Positions 38,610 through 51,826 of a DNA stretch of 64,000 bases are shown here, one piece after another (the stretch's first letter is position 1; every line of letters starts with the position of its first letter). The stretch covers positions 56,968,929 to 57,032,928 of the forward strand of contig NC_068997.1 in the NCBI RefSeq assembly GCF_001194135.2, read 5' to 3'. The translations under genes and the position numbers were made by a program. The notes beneath the pieces are model-generated. The model did not search any database. It worked only from the letters and a program-made list of their open reading frames with translations, and was not told where the DNA came from. The stretch comes from Octopus bimaculoides (Eukaryota).

Positions 38610-40399
38610 TGAAATATAAGTTTTCAAAACGCGCAGCAAAATATCGTACATCATGAATTGTCCCGTTAACAAAAAATTCTGGATAGCCAGTTAAACATTA
38701 GTAATTATCTGTGTACTAGTAAAACTACGTTTTTCAAATGGTATCTACATGTATTCTTGTCTAAACTAACACAATATGAATGTTGTAAAAGGCTACGAGA
38801 TATTTATAAATGAGATGCAGAGACACACACGTTCAAAATTGTGAGCAACCATTAATCGATTAATTCAAGCCACAGCTTGATTAGTACGTTATTTTGTCGA
38901 ACACAGGTGGTTGACAGGCAAAGTTACTTTTGGCAAAATCCAAACCTTAGGACGTAAAGACCATCATATAATCGATCACACATACATAGTGTATGTATTT
39001 TGCTTATACGCCCCTTGGCTGTGGCTTAGCGCCAGCAGAAATTTCCTTTCGCGATGCAAGCGTTAAAAACACCGACTTGCGTATAAGTTTCAGACCATTG
39101 ATTCAATTCGTTTTAAGGCGAGCTCTGTAAATGGTATTAATAAGTCAGAATAATGGCGAAATAGCGGTATCTACCAATCTCAGTCATTCGAAGCGAATTG
39201 CCTCACCTGATCCAGGATATTCGGTGTACTTTAACAATCGGTGTCGTGTAGTGAGATTTTCCCGGACGCTATCCAGCAGCAAATGGCCATATAAAGAAAA
39301 CAACACATACACTGTATGTTCGACCGATATTGTTTGTATTATTAGCGGAAATTTCCTACATGTTTATTAAACATGTACAACCTGCACAAATGATAACAAA
39401 ATGTTTTCAACTTTCCATTTCGTTATATAACTACGAAACAATGTTTCCAGACTTTTCAAATCTAAAATCTACCTCACACAGCAATACAACAATGATAACG
39501 ACTACATACTTGATTGTAATACTGGAGTAAGCAGATGTGCTTCTAGAGAAAAGAGCTTGAATTATTCGCTACACAAACACATACACACAAAATGGTGTGC
39601 ATAATTCTGTGTGTACACATAAGCATACAATGAATATTGTATAATTTGAACACTGCTCTGCTGCATCAGGACTGAGCTGGTTTGAACGACAATAACATTG
39701 TCAACATCATAATTACACACGCAAGCTAAATTAAACTTTTTTTTAAAGTACTAAACATATCCTGGATGCTAACAACTATATGTATTTATTACAATGAATA
39801 TCTCTGTAAGAAGTGAACCGGAATAATATGATTATTTACAAAACTTGGGAAGTTTGGCGGTTTTTCATTTTTTTTTTCTGCAATTACAATTGTCTGCTTA
39901 AAACGACTGCATGTTATATGTTAAGGGTTAATAACTGAAGATTCTGGCGAGACGTTCAACCACTTAGAGGTTTCCTCATCGGCAGTTTTCGAATTTGTCA
40001 TTTCACAACTCCGATTCTAATACTGATCCGTTACACATAGAAACACACACACATACACAAATGCAAACATTTTATTACGTGCTATGTGTCTACATGCGTG
40101 TGTCAGTGTGTTCGCATACTTTCTGATGCTGACACTCAAGTCGATGCAGGTGAAAATCATTAAACCAGGTACGTTTTGGTGTCTGTTGACCATTGCCCTA
40201 CAACACTCTAGCAATTTTATATCCTGAATATTGTCAGTTTTGCGGGAGGAAGTACTCTAGTTTCCATGTACACTCACTGGTGTCTATTTTTATCTTGTAG
40301 ACGAGAAAATTCGAAGATTGAAAATTTCGTTTCAATGCTTATGCAAGCTCATAATGCATTCATGCCCATAATTAACACCATGTATTTTTAATGTAGGAC

Positions 40400-40434
<35 letters not shown>

Positions 40435-40580
40435 CGTTCAGTTAAATACATAGATACATACATATGTACAATTATAAATATATATATACATACACACATA
40501 TATGGGGGGGTAGGTGTGTATGTGTGTGTGTACCTGCGCTCGTGTGTGTATGTACATATATACACATATATATATATATA

Positions 40581-40645
<65 letters not shown>

Positions 40646-41959
40646 TTTTGTTAGTTTACTTCTGAATCGCAATACTACAAACATACTTACACACATGAGT
40701 GTGAGCGTGTATACATATACATGTTTGTGTGTGTTTGCGATTATATATATATATATAATGGCAAACACACACAACAATTTAATACAACAAACATCTAAAC
40801 ACACATCCAAACTGATACTAACGTAGCTATCTAAACATTCCTAGCCATGTAGCCATGTACACTTAAGACAATTCAACGGCTTATTCTCATCATCTGAAGA
40901 ATACTTTTTACATCCATTATTTGATCGAATGCTCTTATGATATGGCACTTGTACTAAGATACTTTCAGGTAAATGTCTTCATCCACTTAACTTTCGTTTC
41001 GCCATCGATAGTCTATACTCAATCTTATAAACTTTAAATTGGAGTCATTTAACCATATCTATGCATACTCACACATGTACATTCATGTATGCTTATATGT
41101 GTGTGTGCGTGTGCGTGCGCGTGCGTGTGTACGTGCGTCTGTATTTGTGTGTGTGTGGGTGGGTGAATGTATGTACGAATAATTGAATGAACAAATGAAT
41201 GAAACTTTCTTCTATGACTCTTCAGACTTTATTACACTGAAACCTCGCAAGTACGAACACAAGTTAGTTTCTATTCGATTTCTTTTATTCTGTTTAAAAT
41301 GATGTGATATACTAAATTACGTTCGAATTTTGCATTGAATTCTTTATTTAACTACTGCTTACCATCCTAGCAAAGAAACCTTAATAAATATTTGTTATTT
41401 CAAAGATGTTGCAATATGTAACTTTTCAGATAAACTTCTGACAGTAAATCTGCCAAATAACGTTGGTTAATAAGAGCCACTATTTCACTATTCTTTAAGG
41501 CAATTTGTTAGGGCAATGTTGGTTGCGTCTGAGTTCATATATGAATAGCCAAAAGTTATTCGCCTCTCTGGAAGCTCAAGGTGTGTAACGTTCCTTTACT
41601 GAAGATTTAAGAATACTAGAAACCTCTCAGGAACTCTGTCTCTGCTGCCGAGGAAAGCAATGTTCCTGGTGTAAATATTTTGCAGGCGGAAATATAGGTG
41701 TACGTGTATGTAAAAAATGTATATAAGTATATACATATACTACAATGCGACATACATATATACATACATGCACTCACATATATATACACACACACGTGTG
41801 TGTGTATGTATGTGTGTACACAAACATACATACAGAAAATGTCTCTAAAAAATGCACATACACACACGTGTGTGCGTATTTGTCTACACAAACATACATA
41901 AACAAAGAAGTCGCTAAAAATGCACATACACATACACACACATACACACGAGTGGAGAC

Positions 41960-42110
41960 ACCCAAAAGAAAACATCAAACCCAAAGAAGGAAAATCCAAA
42001 CTTTCTTTAACAAGACATTCATCACAACATACACACCCATTAACACACAGCTGGTCACATTCCAAACATATTGAAAGGACATTCAACACAATACACACAG
42101 TAGTAGTAAA
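41960..42110 (+). mobile_element. possible Penelope-like RT/GIY-YIG linker fragment
   Basis: KRKHQTQRRKIQTFFNKTFITTYTPINTQLV resembles the P-F-(I/V)-T-T-Y-N-P linker motif of Penelope elements. Short and weak. Confidence 0.3.
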
Positions 42111-42149
42111 CAATGACGATCATTGATGAGCTGTTTTCCCCAACAGTTG

Positions 42150-42310
42150 TGAAAATCCAAATTCCCTCATAATTCACTCATAAGGCTTTTGTCAATTCAA
42201 AGCTATAAAAGGAGACATTTGCCCAAGCTGTCACACAGTCAGACTAAACCCAAAACCGTGTGGTTGCGAACCATCTTTGTTACCCCATATCCATGCCTGC
42301 ACCACTCTTA
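42150..42310 (-). mobile_element. SINE family B copy
   Basis: Reverse complement CACACGGTTTTGGGTTTAGTCTGACTGTGTGACAGCTTGGGCAAATGTCTCCTTTTATAGC...AAAGCCTTATGAGTG aligns with 4563-4660. Confidence 0.65.
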
Positions 42311-42495
42311 ATGAAATTATTCTAAAGAATATGGATAAATAATTTACTTTGCGAATACTTTAGAAGTTATCCAACACAATAAACTGGGCTGAATAAGCAG
42401 TGGTGAGCAGCAGATCCTGGCCTACGACTCAGAGTACACTATCAATTTTTATATAATATATTTACGTGTGTATGCAATTTTGAATGCGTTTATGT

Positions 42496-42529
<34 letters not shown>

Positions 42530-44353
42530 NNNNNNNNNNNNNNNNNNNNNNNNNNNNNNNNNNNNNNNNNNNNNNNNNNNNNATATATATATAGACAGAA
42601 GGGGATGGAGGAAGAGACAGAGGAAGTAAGAGCTATCAGTATAATGTCCTCAGATATTTCATACAAAAGTAGAGTACATTTATTTATATTGACTTACTGT
42701 TGTTGGATTTCTTAATGAACATTCGCTTCGAATATTGAATGAACTCATTGAAAATAGCACGGAGTTGATGCGAGCAAGCGTGCTAAATGAAGCTAAGCTA
42801 ATTATATCGTTGTTTGACATGATTCACTTAATAATCAGCTGCTACGGATTTAAGCAATTTTGTGATAAATTCACTTAAACTGAGAAGCCGAGCTCTATTA
42901 AGTTGATTGGTTTATTTAAAAACGTTGCATCGATTAAAGTGTAATTGGCTTCACTGACGAGATAAAGTCACCGTTTGTTGATTCTAAGCTATTTGTGGAG
43001 AAACTAGAATATAATAATTGGGTTGCATATCAAAACCATTTTCATAACTATTCCATGTTGTATTCATTTGTTTTGGTTAGGTTTTTCTGGTGGCTTATCT
43101 TTAAATAGTTTGCAAACTTCCTAAACATGTTTTCTTTTTCAACTTTATAACCAACATCTTTCTTTGGTTGCACCAGAGAACTGCATGGCTGGTGTACCAC
43201 ATCATTATTTACTCTTTTTACCGCAACTAGAAAATTTATTTCTCTGTTGACAGAATCACTGATTTTGTGCGTTTATGAGTGTCTGGATATATTCGTGTGT
43301 TTCTGTTTGTGTGTGTGTTTGTATGCAATGTGCATGTGTTTGTACGCTTGTGTGTATTCATGTAAAGTCGTTGGCGTTCCAGACAAACTACTCTGCGGTA
43401 TTTAGTTACAGCTCTTTGTTGTGAGTTCATATTCTGCTTAGTTCAAAACTGATTCTCATCCCGTCCACAGTTGACAAATTGGTCTAATACTATGGTCGAC
43501 ATTCTTCACCCGTACAATGTGCTTGGCCTAAAAGCTGAATCAGTGCAGTACCCTCATGCTGGGCTGAACGATGACCGGATTTTCGTCGGGTCGGTTTCTG
43601 CATTATTGTTTCAATATTAAATATTATGTTAGGTTAATACGAAGCTGAGTTGTTCCTGTTAGATTCTATTAACTTTACTAAATAACTTTGTATTAACTTT
43701 ATATATCAGCTAACAAACTATCCATTGGCGAAACATCTGCCCTTGTTCTACTGCCCAGGTTTTCATTAATACAACAGATCTCAACAGAAGTATAAATATT
43801 TTATTTTGGAAGTTACTTTTCAAGAATTACGGTCTGAAAGGTTGTGTTGAAGCCGTTATTGATGTATTTTGAGGGTGTCAAAATTCCAAAGTGCACACTT
43901 ATCAGTCGTGGTTTACTTGAAGTTTTGATAATATTTTCATTTCCATTATATAATCAGAAAATTTTAAACACCTAATTCTTTGATATTCTCTATGATTAAA
44001 ATACCTGAAACACTAACGGGATTCTATGTCGAACATTTTTAACACCAGAAACACCTATTAGCATCATTTTGTCAAAAGTGAAGAGCATACCGATATATTT
44101 CCCCACCACATCTATTGACAAATTATTCACACTCCTCTTTGCCACAATTCAGCACAGATATTTTGCAGAGCTGTTGCATTCCACAAGCATGTCGCTTTGT
44201 CTATTTCATCTTTTATCTTTTCAATTTTCCATTACACTTCACGTAGTTCCGCACCGTCTCATAACTAATCACTTCACACTCACACACACTCATACATTTA
44301 TTTATTCCATTCATGCTACAATATTTCTGTTAACCTGAACCACTTCTCATTTA

Positions 44354-45047
44354 TAAGGTTATCTCTACAGAAATTTCTATACAAATTTGAGCCAGCGCTC
44401 ATTTTTGATACTACGTTTCGTATACGAGACGTCTTATGTAAACAAACAATATGATCGAAGATGAAAAGTAGTTAATGGGCGTATATCCCATTTTTCGGAG
44501 GTGTGGGTTTGCTCCTTCACCTGCAACCATCTTACTCATTAATCATCCTCGAACACATTGCTTCAATACTCACCATATATAGCGGTGTATTGGATATACC
44601 AATTTTACATATTAAATGCATTCCTGGAAGCTGCTGCGTAAATATTAATGACTTGTAGGGACACGGTATTCCGTTATGTAACCATGGTATAGTATTGAGT
44701 ATATTAAACATTTTTATAAGTCGATGCCGCGTTCTACTGCGTTAGCAGTGTGCTTTTACATTACTTGGTTAAGGTTATCTCTGCAAACATTCTGCAGAAA
44801 ATTATATCCAACGCTAATTTTTACTCATTGTCTATATTTGACGTCCGTATACGAAACGTAGTAGCATAAACCAGTGCTGGCTCTAATTTCTATAGAATAT
44901 CTGTACAGATAACCTTAGCAAAGTAATGTAAAAGCGCACGCGTAACACAGTAGGACGTCGTATTGACTTCTACAAAACGTTTCTGTTGTATATTGTGGGT
45001 ACATAAGTCATAAATACTTCATTAATACCTACAAGTCATAAATACTT
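44354..45047. repeat. nested inverted-repeat (foldback) structure
   Basis: 44354-44433 is inverted relative to 44840-44917, and 44641-44815 is inverted relative to 44873-45047. Confidence 0.8.
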
Positions 45048-45159
45048 CATATTTATTCTTTTTTGTTTTATTCGTTTGTTAAAATATTTTCATTTATTAT
45101 TTTATTATTCTTCAGACATCACACCACGTAACTTGACGTTTTAATTCGTATATCTTGTA

Positions 45160-45300
45160 TTTCTTGTATTCGACTGTGGCCATTGCGGTGTTTAGTTGAA
45201 ATCCTTGGAAGGTTCAGTCGAAGAAATTCGTTCCTCTTTATCTTTTGAAAAAACGTCTGGTACTTATTCTATCAGTCTCTTTATTCGAATAGTTTTATGT
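45160..45300 (-). mobile_element. SINE-like repeat, family C, diverged
   Basis: CGACTGTGGCCATTG and CTGGTACTTATTCTATCAGTCTCTTT are shared with 33285-33470. Confidence 0.5.
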
Positions 45301-45984
45301 TCTAAAATGTTCGACAGTGACCGCCAGCGATTTGGCAATGGCTGTAATTCACCATTGTTGCCCCAAAATTTCACAGACACCATAAGGTCGCTTTCCGTAC
45401 AACGACCAGCATGGTTGGTACTGTACAAACTAACATTTTTTGACTGTTTACTTCCGATCTTGTGTCTTTGTCTCTCAAACATTTAAAGGTTATTAAATTG
45501 TTTACTTTTGCTCTTGTAAAAATATCTCTGCCTTCATGAATTTTTAATTCTAATTCTAAAATGCTTTGACGTTTATTGATTTACAAAATGTATAAGACTT
45601 CCAGCCATGACCACTTTCTCAATGTCTGGATTTATCATATGTACTTTGTCCTTTGTATTTCAAGTCGTTGACATACAGCTTGAAGGAGATATGTCTGCTT
45701 GTTCTAAAAGGCGCAAAATCTACATAGAGCTTTCAGAAGGTTCATCATTTGATTCTAGTTTTGTTTATAAGGCAATGTTTCCTCTATGCGCCACTGCCCA
45801 TTGATCAACGTTCGCACGAAAGTTTTTTCGCAGCATTTTGATATTTTGGCGGGAAAATATGAAGCCTCATCAACTTAATGCGAACTAGAAGGACTTCGGG
45901 TCAGATTTGCCTCGAATCACGCTCTGTAGATTATAGGACCTCACCTTAAATAGTATGTTTCTGAAAAATATAAAGAGGAAATAT

Positions 45985-46063
45985 ATGTGTATCTCTCTCT
46001 CATCCTCTCTGTCTCTCGCCCCCCCTCTCTCTGCCCCCCTCTCTCTCTCAATCTCTCTTAGCC

Positions 46064-46130
<67 letters not shown>
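45985..46130. repeat. (CT)n microsatellite
   Basis: Directly visible. Other CT/GA tracts lie at about 50695-50745, 50990-51040 and 57893-57935. Confidence 0.95.
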
Positions 46131-46133
<3 letters not shown>

Positions 46134-46340
46134 CACTCTTCATCTGATTCCTCTTATGCCCAGTTTTTCGTTCAAGGCACTCACACTCTGTCGTACCAGC
46201 ACACTGGTATTGAGCATTCAGCGAAGTATAGTAGCTTCATTTCTCTCAAACTTCAGTGGTCACAGCCCATGTTTCACTGCCGTGTAGCATGACTGTTTGC
46301 TCATAAGCATCATGCACTCTGCCTTTCATTCAGAGGGAGA
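46125..46340 (-). mobile_element. RTE-clade LINE fragment (post-RT domain)
   Basis: Minus strand LSL*MKGRVHDAYEQTVMLHGSETWAVTTE/ERNEATILR*MLNTSVLVRQSVSALNEKLGIRGIR*RVQER. L(Y/H)GSETW and the following pattern are typical of RTE elements. Confidence 0.82.
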
Positions 46341-47554
46341 GGGTATGTGTGTGTTTATGAATATATTTCTATATATACATACAGGCATATAGGCAAACAG
46401 AATGGTTGACAGACTGATAGATAGAAAGATGGATAGCTATGTGTGAAATATGTGTCTATTTGTGTGTCTGCATGTGCGTAGGTATGCATAGTTGTGTGCG
46501 AGTATGTATGTGTAAGTATTTCTATATATGGAAAGAAATGTCGCCGGATGTCCTTCTTGCCACTCATCATTTCTGCATGAATTAATGCCGAGACATTTCG
46601 GACACAACGTTTATCATGTGCCGTATGGTTTCAAAATTCCTCTATCAATGGCTTCATCAGTAATGCATGTCATGTTTTAAACCCAAAATAAAAAAATAAT
46701 AACATACTCCGTATTCCTCTAGAATCCTTTATTTTATTACAAGTGAAAATTTTATTCCGCATTGGATTTTTGTGCATTTAAAACGACTGAACCAGTGAGA
46801 GCTAGTTGTCTGTCTCGGCAGAGTAAGGTTATAGGTCACCTGATATATTTGCTAGTTGTCACTGAGACATTTAGAGAAACAGAGACAGGGAGAGGTAGAG
46901 AAAATGGAAGAAACTGAAATGTGTGTGTAAAAAGTAGGAAACACAAAGAGAGTAGAAAATAAATTATATTTTCAGTGTTTTTCTAATGAAATATTTTTCA
47001 TTATCAAATAGTTTAAAATATTGAAATTAATTAATTTTTTAATCGTTTAATTTTTTTCTAGTTTTAATTAAGCGCACTTAGCGTTACTTCAGTGTAATCA
47101 TTTCTTTGAACAATTTATAATAATTATTTGTCGAATTCTTTTGGTCAATTATGCTTTCTAACGATTTATTAAGTTCTTATTTGGAATAGTCAAAAAAGTT
47201 GGATGATAATTCTTAGCACAGAAGAACAATCTAGAAAATGGGGAGTACTTATATTAGCATTGTAGCAAGGAAGAATACTAACCATGTGGAGAATCAATAA
47301 AGGGGCTTGTGAGGAGGGACGGAACTTTCAAGAAATAGCAGATACTTCTCCCTCATATCACATTTGACCTTCTAAGATAAAGAATGACATACTGAACGAG
47401 TGTGGTCAGTGACAGAGCAGATATATATATATATTTATTACAATTAAAAGGGTAAAGGATTATCAATTTATTAATAATTAATAATTTTTACCAAGCCCTT
47501 CGGTATGTAAGCACCATTATCGGTGTGGAACCTATTTAAAAGTTCTTATACATT

Positions 47555-47585
47555 TATAAACAAAATTAAGGGATCCCTTAATTTT

Positions 47586-47592
<7 letters not shown>
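47555..47592. repeat. perfect 38-bp palindrome centred on GGATCC
   Basis: TATAAACAAAATTAAGGGA|TCCCTTAATTTTGTTTATA, 19/19 pairs with no spacer. Confidence 0.95.
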
Positions 47593-47629
<37 letters not shown>

Positions 47630-48344
47630 AAAAGAAACCCCGCACTGATGACGGTTATGATGGCAAAAAATACAGACATTCATCCTTTGACTTGTTACAA
47701 TCATTGGCTGAAATATGAGCAAACACCATGGTGACATGTGACCTTTTGATAATAGTGTGGTATTGTTTAAATATGATCGTGGGGAAGGTTATGATGATGA
47801 CGATGAAAAATCACAGAGTGTGTTAGAGCTGGTCTGTTTGGCAATGCAAATATTATGTCCCTTACATATAATGTTGGACCCCCTACATTTTACACCATTC
47901 AACATCGAAGAAGGCAAACGATATTCTGTTTTGCTAAAAGATCTATCGCCAATGGCAATGCATACTATTTATATATTTATTTATTTCGAATTCTAAGCAT
48001 GTTCCGTGTATCTATTTCTATGGCTTCTGATATATCTTGGAAAAGAAGTAAGTATTTCATTTTTTTAATATGTTAGCATAAGCGAATTAGTTTAATTAGA
48101 TATTGATGATAACCGTAATCTAATGAATGTTATTATATAGCTCTGAAGTACATACACTAAATAACAAATGTGTGTGTGTGGTTACTCATTCAAGCAAGTA
48201 GTAATGTACAAGAAATAAATGAAGTTGAAAATGCACAGAAACTATGAAGTTTATTTAAATTTTAATAAACATCAACTATAGACAGTATAACCACCTTCAA
48301 AATAACCATAATCTAATCCACTACACAGTCACCCCACAACAAAC

Positions 48345-48800
48345 ATGACCACAGACGCACTTTACACCCAATTTCTCCACACCAAACTAAATACAATACA
48401 GACTTTCCACAACAATTCACGTACTACAACCATTTTTAGACCTAAATCGAAGAAACGGAGATGTAAAGTGGAACAAAAAATACATGAACAACCGAAGATA
48501 ATCAACCTATCATATAAAATCTTAACTAGTACACAAACATTTTAGCAAGAGGTTTGAAGTTTACACCAATCCCTTGCAGATCGAATCCTAATGAAGTCAA
48601 TGATAACACTATGGACTCTTGCGGAAAATTGCGTCTCAGTACAATACCCTACCACTCAAACATTCGTTGTAAAATATCGTATTTTTGATGCACAGCAAAA
48701 TATGAATAAATTCCTTCTGCATACAAAAGCTTCTGCAATGTCTCTTAGATATATTCCCTACAAGGTAATGACCAATTACGCGTCATGCCAGAAGAGACAG
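48345..48800 (+). mobile_element. Penelope-like element, degenerate N-terminal ORF fragment
   Basis: EQPKIINLSYKILTSTQT/LARGLKFTPIPCRSNPNEVNDNTMDSCGKLRL, the same motif as 63815-63970, with a frameshift. Confidence 0.68.
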
Positions 48801-49121
48801 TCCAAGACTTCTACTCGATAGGTTCGAAACCACCAAGATGTTATCCCAACCCCCTTCCCAAAACCCAAATGCAGTTCTGTTCCCTCTGCTTATACAACAG
48901 CTTCTGCATATTTATCATGAACCAACTAACAAGAAATTGATACACGTCCACATAAAATACATTCGACAAAGATCGGAGACTTTATTTATTTGAACTTAGA
49001 GGAACCATAGTCAGGAAATTCGAAAACAAAAATCTTTCACATTTCATTGTTTGTAAAATTAGGATGAGAAGATTTATATGAGTATACGGTGACGAGTCTA
49101 AGCACATATATATGAGCACAT

Positions 49122-49182
<61 letters not shown>

Positions 49183-49924
49183 GCAAAATATACGTATGTA
49201 TATTATGAATTTTATAAATAATACACAAATATATGTATACAAATGTCTGTGTGTGTGTGTGTATATATATGTCTGTGTGTGTATAATTATGCGTTTGTGT
49301 TCTGTATGTAATACACACGCACACACACATACACACACACATATATATATATATATATATTGCTAGATTGGTATACATGTATATATACGTATTCACACAC
49401 AAATATCTATTTGAAATTAGACGACCAATGAACTTTTATGTCTTGAATACTAGTTTATTTCCAGTGATTTGCTATATATTACAAGTCCAGTTAACAATGC
49501 TGTATATGTATATATATTATATTGATAAAGGTTATCGTGATGTCTATAATTCTTAGTGTTTTTCAATCTTGATCTTGCTTCGGGTCGTTATCTATCAAAT
49601 TAGTTTATATTTTCGTTTTCCTTAAGAAATTGCTGTAACTCACGCACCACCCCCAAATCCTGCCACGCCGTCTCTTGCTTCTTCAATTATTAGTTCCTTT
49701 TCAAAAAGTCATTTATTTTCCATATTTGTTACTTAAGTTGTTCTTCTTTGGAACGACTTGTAGAATCTTGATACAATATCAAAAATACAAATAAAAGATG
49801 AAAATAAATATGAGACCTAAATAAATAGATAAGTAATAATTGCATTGTTTTAGTGGCAAAATAATTTTTTGCTGCTAAGCGTTTATCTGCAGGAAATGTT
49901 ATTGTTGTTGCTATTTTTCTTGTT

Positions 49925-49961
49925 GTTGCTTTTGTTATTATTATCGTCATCGTCATTATTA

Positions 49962-50001
<40 letters not shown>

Positions 50002-50014
50002 CGTCATTATTATT
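49925..50014. repeat. (ATT)n microsatellite
   Basis: Directly visible, immediately 5' of a SINE A copy. Confidence 0.9.
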
Positions 50015-50130
50015 AAGGCAGCGAACAGGATAAATTAAGTACCGGTGAAACACCGGTCGATGTAATCGACTAGCCCCCTCCTCCACAATTTGAAGCCTTG
50101 TGCCTATAGAAGAAAGGATTATTATTAGTA
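50015..50130 (+). mobile_element. SINE family A, internally deleted copy inside an (ATT)n tract
   Basis: AAGGCAGCGAAC is joined to GATAAATTAAGTACCGGTGAAACACCGGTCGATGTAATCGACTAGCCCCCT, followed by the tail GAAAGGATTATTATTA. Confidence 0.72.
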
Positions 50131-50134
50131 GCAT

Positions 50135-50450
50135 TGAGTGAGAGAGCATTGCATGCCATCAAAGTGGCACTGGTGTAAAATATACGAAGTCCAGTATATC
50201 AATCATGATTATCCGTCTCATAAGAGTACACCAGGCCTATACATCACAACCATATGTGCGCGACATGGGGATCTCATAGGAAGATAGACAACTCATGACC
50301 TTGCAGGTAGGGTCCAGTAAAAATTTTCTTCAGCTCGAGTGGCCCAACGCGCTCAAAAGATCACTGAATAAGACTTGTTTAAGGATGCTGAACGAAACAC
50401 CCAGCTTTCCAGAAGTGAATTATTCAAACCCCAAAGAATTCCTCTTGATT
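50135..50450. repeat. putative interspersed repeat of unknown class
   Basis: GC-richer block abutting a SINE tail. It resembles a cephalopod interspersed repeat as I recall it, but there is no second copy in the window, so support is weak. Confidence 0.3.
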
Positions 50451-50658
50451 TATGATGTTCAGAGTTTTTTTGTTTTTTTTGTAGTCGTTCGACCAAATAT
50501 TTGATAAAGACATGATGGAGTCACGCAAGTGCCACTTGGGTCCACAGTAACCACATTTCAAATCATTCATTGAATATTGACTAATAATAATATTCACAAT
50601 TTTAACATAATCTCATTCCTTGAGTTGTAATATTGTGTAGCCAAACAAAAGAACATAC

Positions 50659-50689
<31 letters not shown>

Positions 50690-50695
50690 ACACAA

Positions 50696-50728
<33 letters not shown>

Positions 50729-50983
50729 CTCTCTCCCTCTCTCTTTTTCACTCCCTCATTTTCTCTTCATCATCAATAGTTACCCACAAATCATACTTGA
50801 TGTATTTGTGTTTTTACTTACAAAATATAGAGATTATCTAAAGAATCTTTCGGTGGGTGTCTACTGGAATTTTCAGCTGGTATTTGATATTTTCGAAAAG
50901 TTCTTTAGGCGATAGCAGCATGCAACCTTCACCATATGTTTCAATAACTCTCTCCTTATGTCTTTCTGCCTCTCTGTCTCATT

Positions 50984-51031
<48 letters not shown>

Positions 51032-51826
51032 CTCTCTCTCTCTTGTACACTCAGACACACACACTCATATACCCAAATGCACACAAATATATCTTCATAA
51101 TATATGCTCATGCCCCACCTTCCCAGAGTTATGTAAACACACATACACGTGACGTGGGAGAATTCACAAATATATTCACACACAGCGACACCATATTTGC
51201 ATAAAAGAAGTCGGAAATAAACGTCTACACTCTCCCAGCGTGGTGATATGAAAAAACAAAAGTGATAGAAACTGAATTTCATTAAAAGTTGAAAATAAAT
51301 GAATTTTTAATATGCGTGGTTAATGACTTGTCATATAATTAATAAAAGATAAAAACTGAAATAAAACAATGGTATAAGCTGAGCTTTTCGATAGGTGTGT
51401 GGTAGGAAGCAATGGACAAGCTAAAAGAATAGAAAGAAAATTTACATCTATTGTTTCCCCCACTTCCTCTTTGCACCTATGTTTACGTCATTAACGATAT
51501 TGTTCTATTCTAAAATGAAATGTAATACAGAAATGTTCATAAATGCATTCTAGTGAGTTGTTTGATAGTTTGCATTTCACAATTCATGTTTATTAATCAA
51601 ATTCATTTATGTCGTCATTCGTTTACCTGAAGCAAAACTGAATTTGAAATGATGCTAAAAGATATATGAAGCACGTGATATTTATACTGGACACACAATG
51701 ACGTTTTGAGGTTGGTTAAAACGTGATACTATATATGGAGAAGATAGATTGCCTCTTTATATATATACATATCCACATACATGCAGACATACATACATAT
51801 TTTCAGAGAGACAGACACCTGTCGTG

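Noticed and set aside
39020-39350. CpG-richer stretch with CCATATAAAG as a possible promoter
   Set aside because: Part of it resembles a decayed SINE A head (AAGGCGAGCT…TAGCGGTAT), and a lone TATA/CArG-like word is expected by chance.
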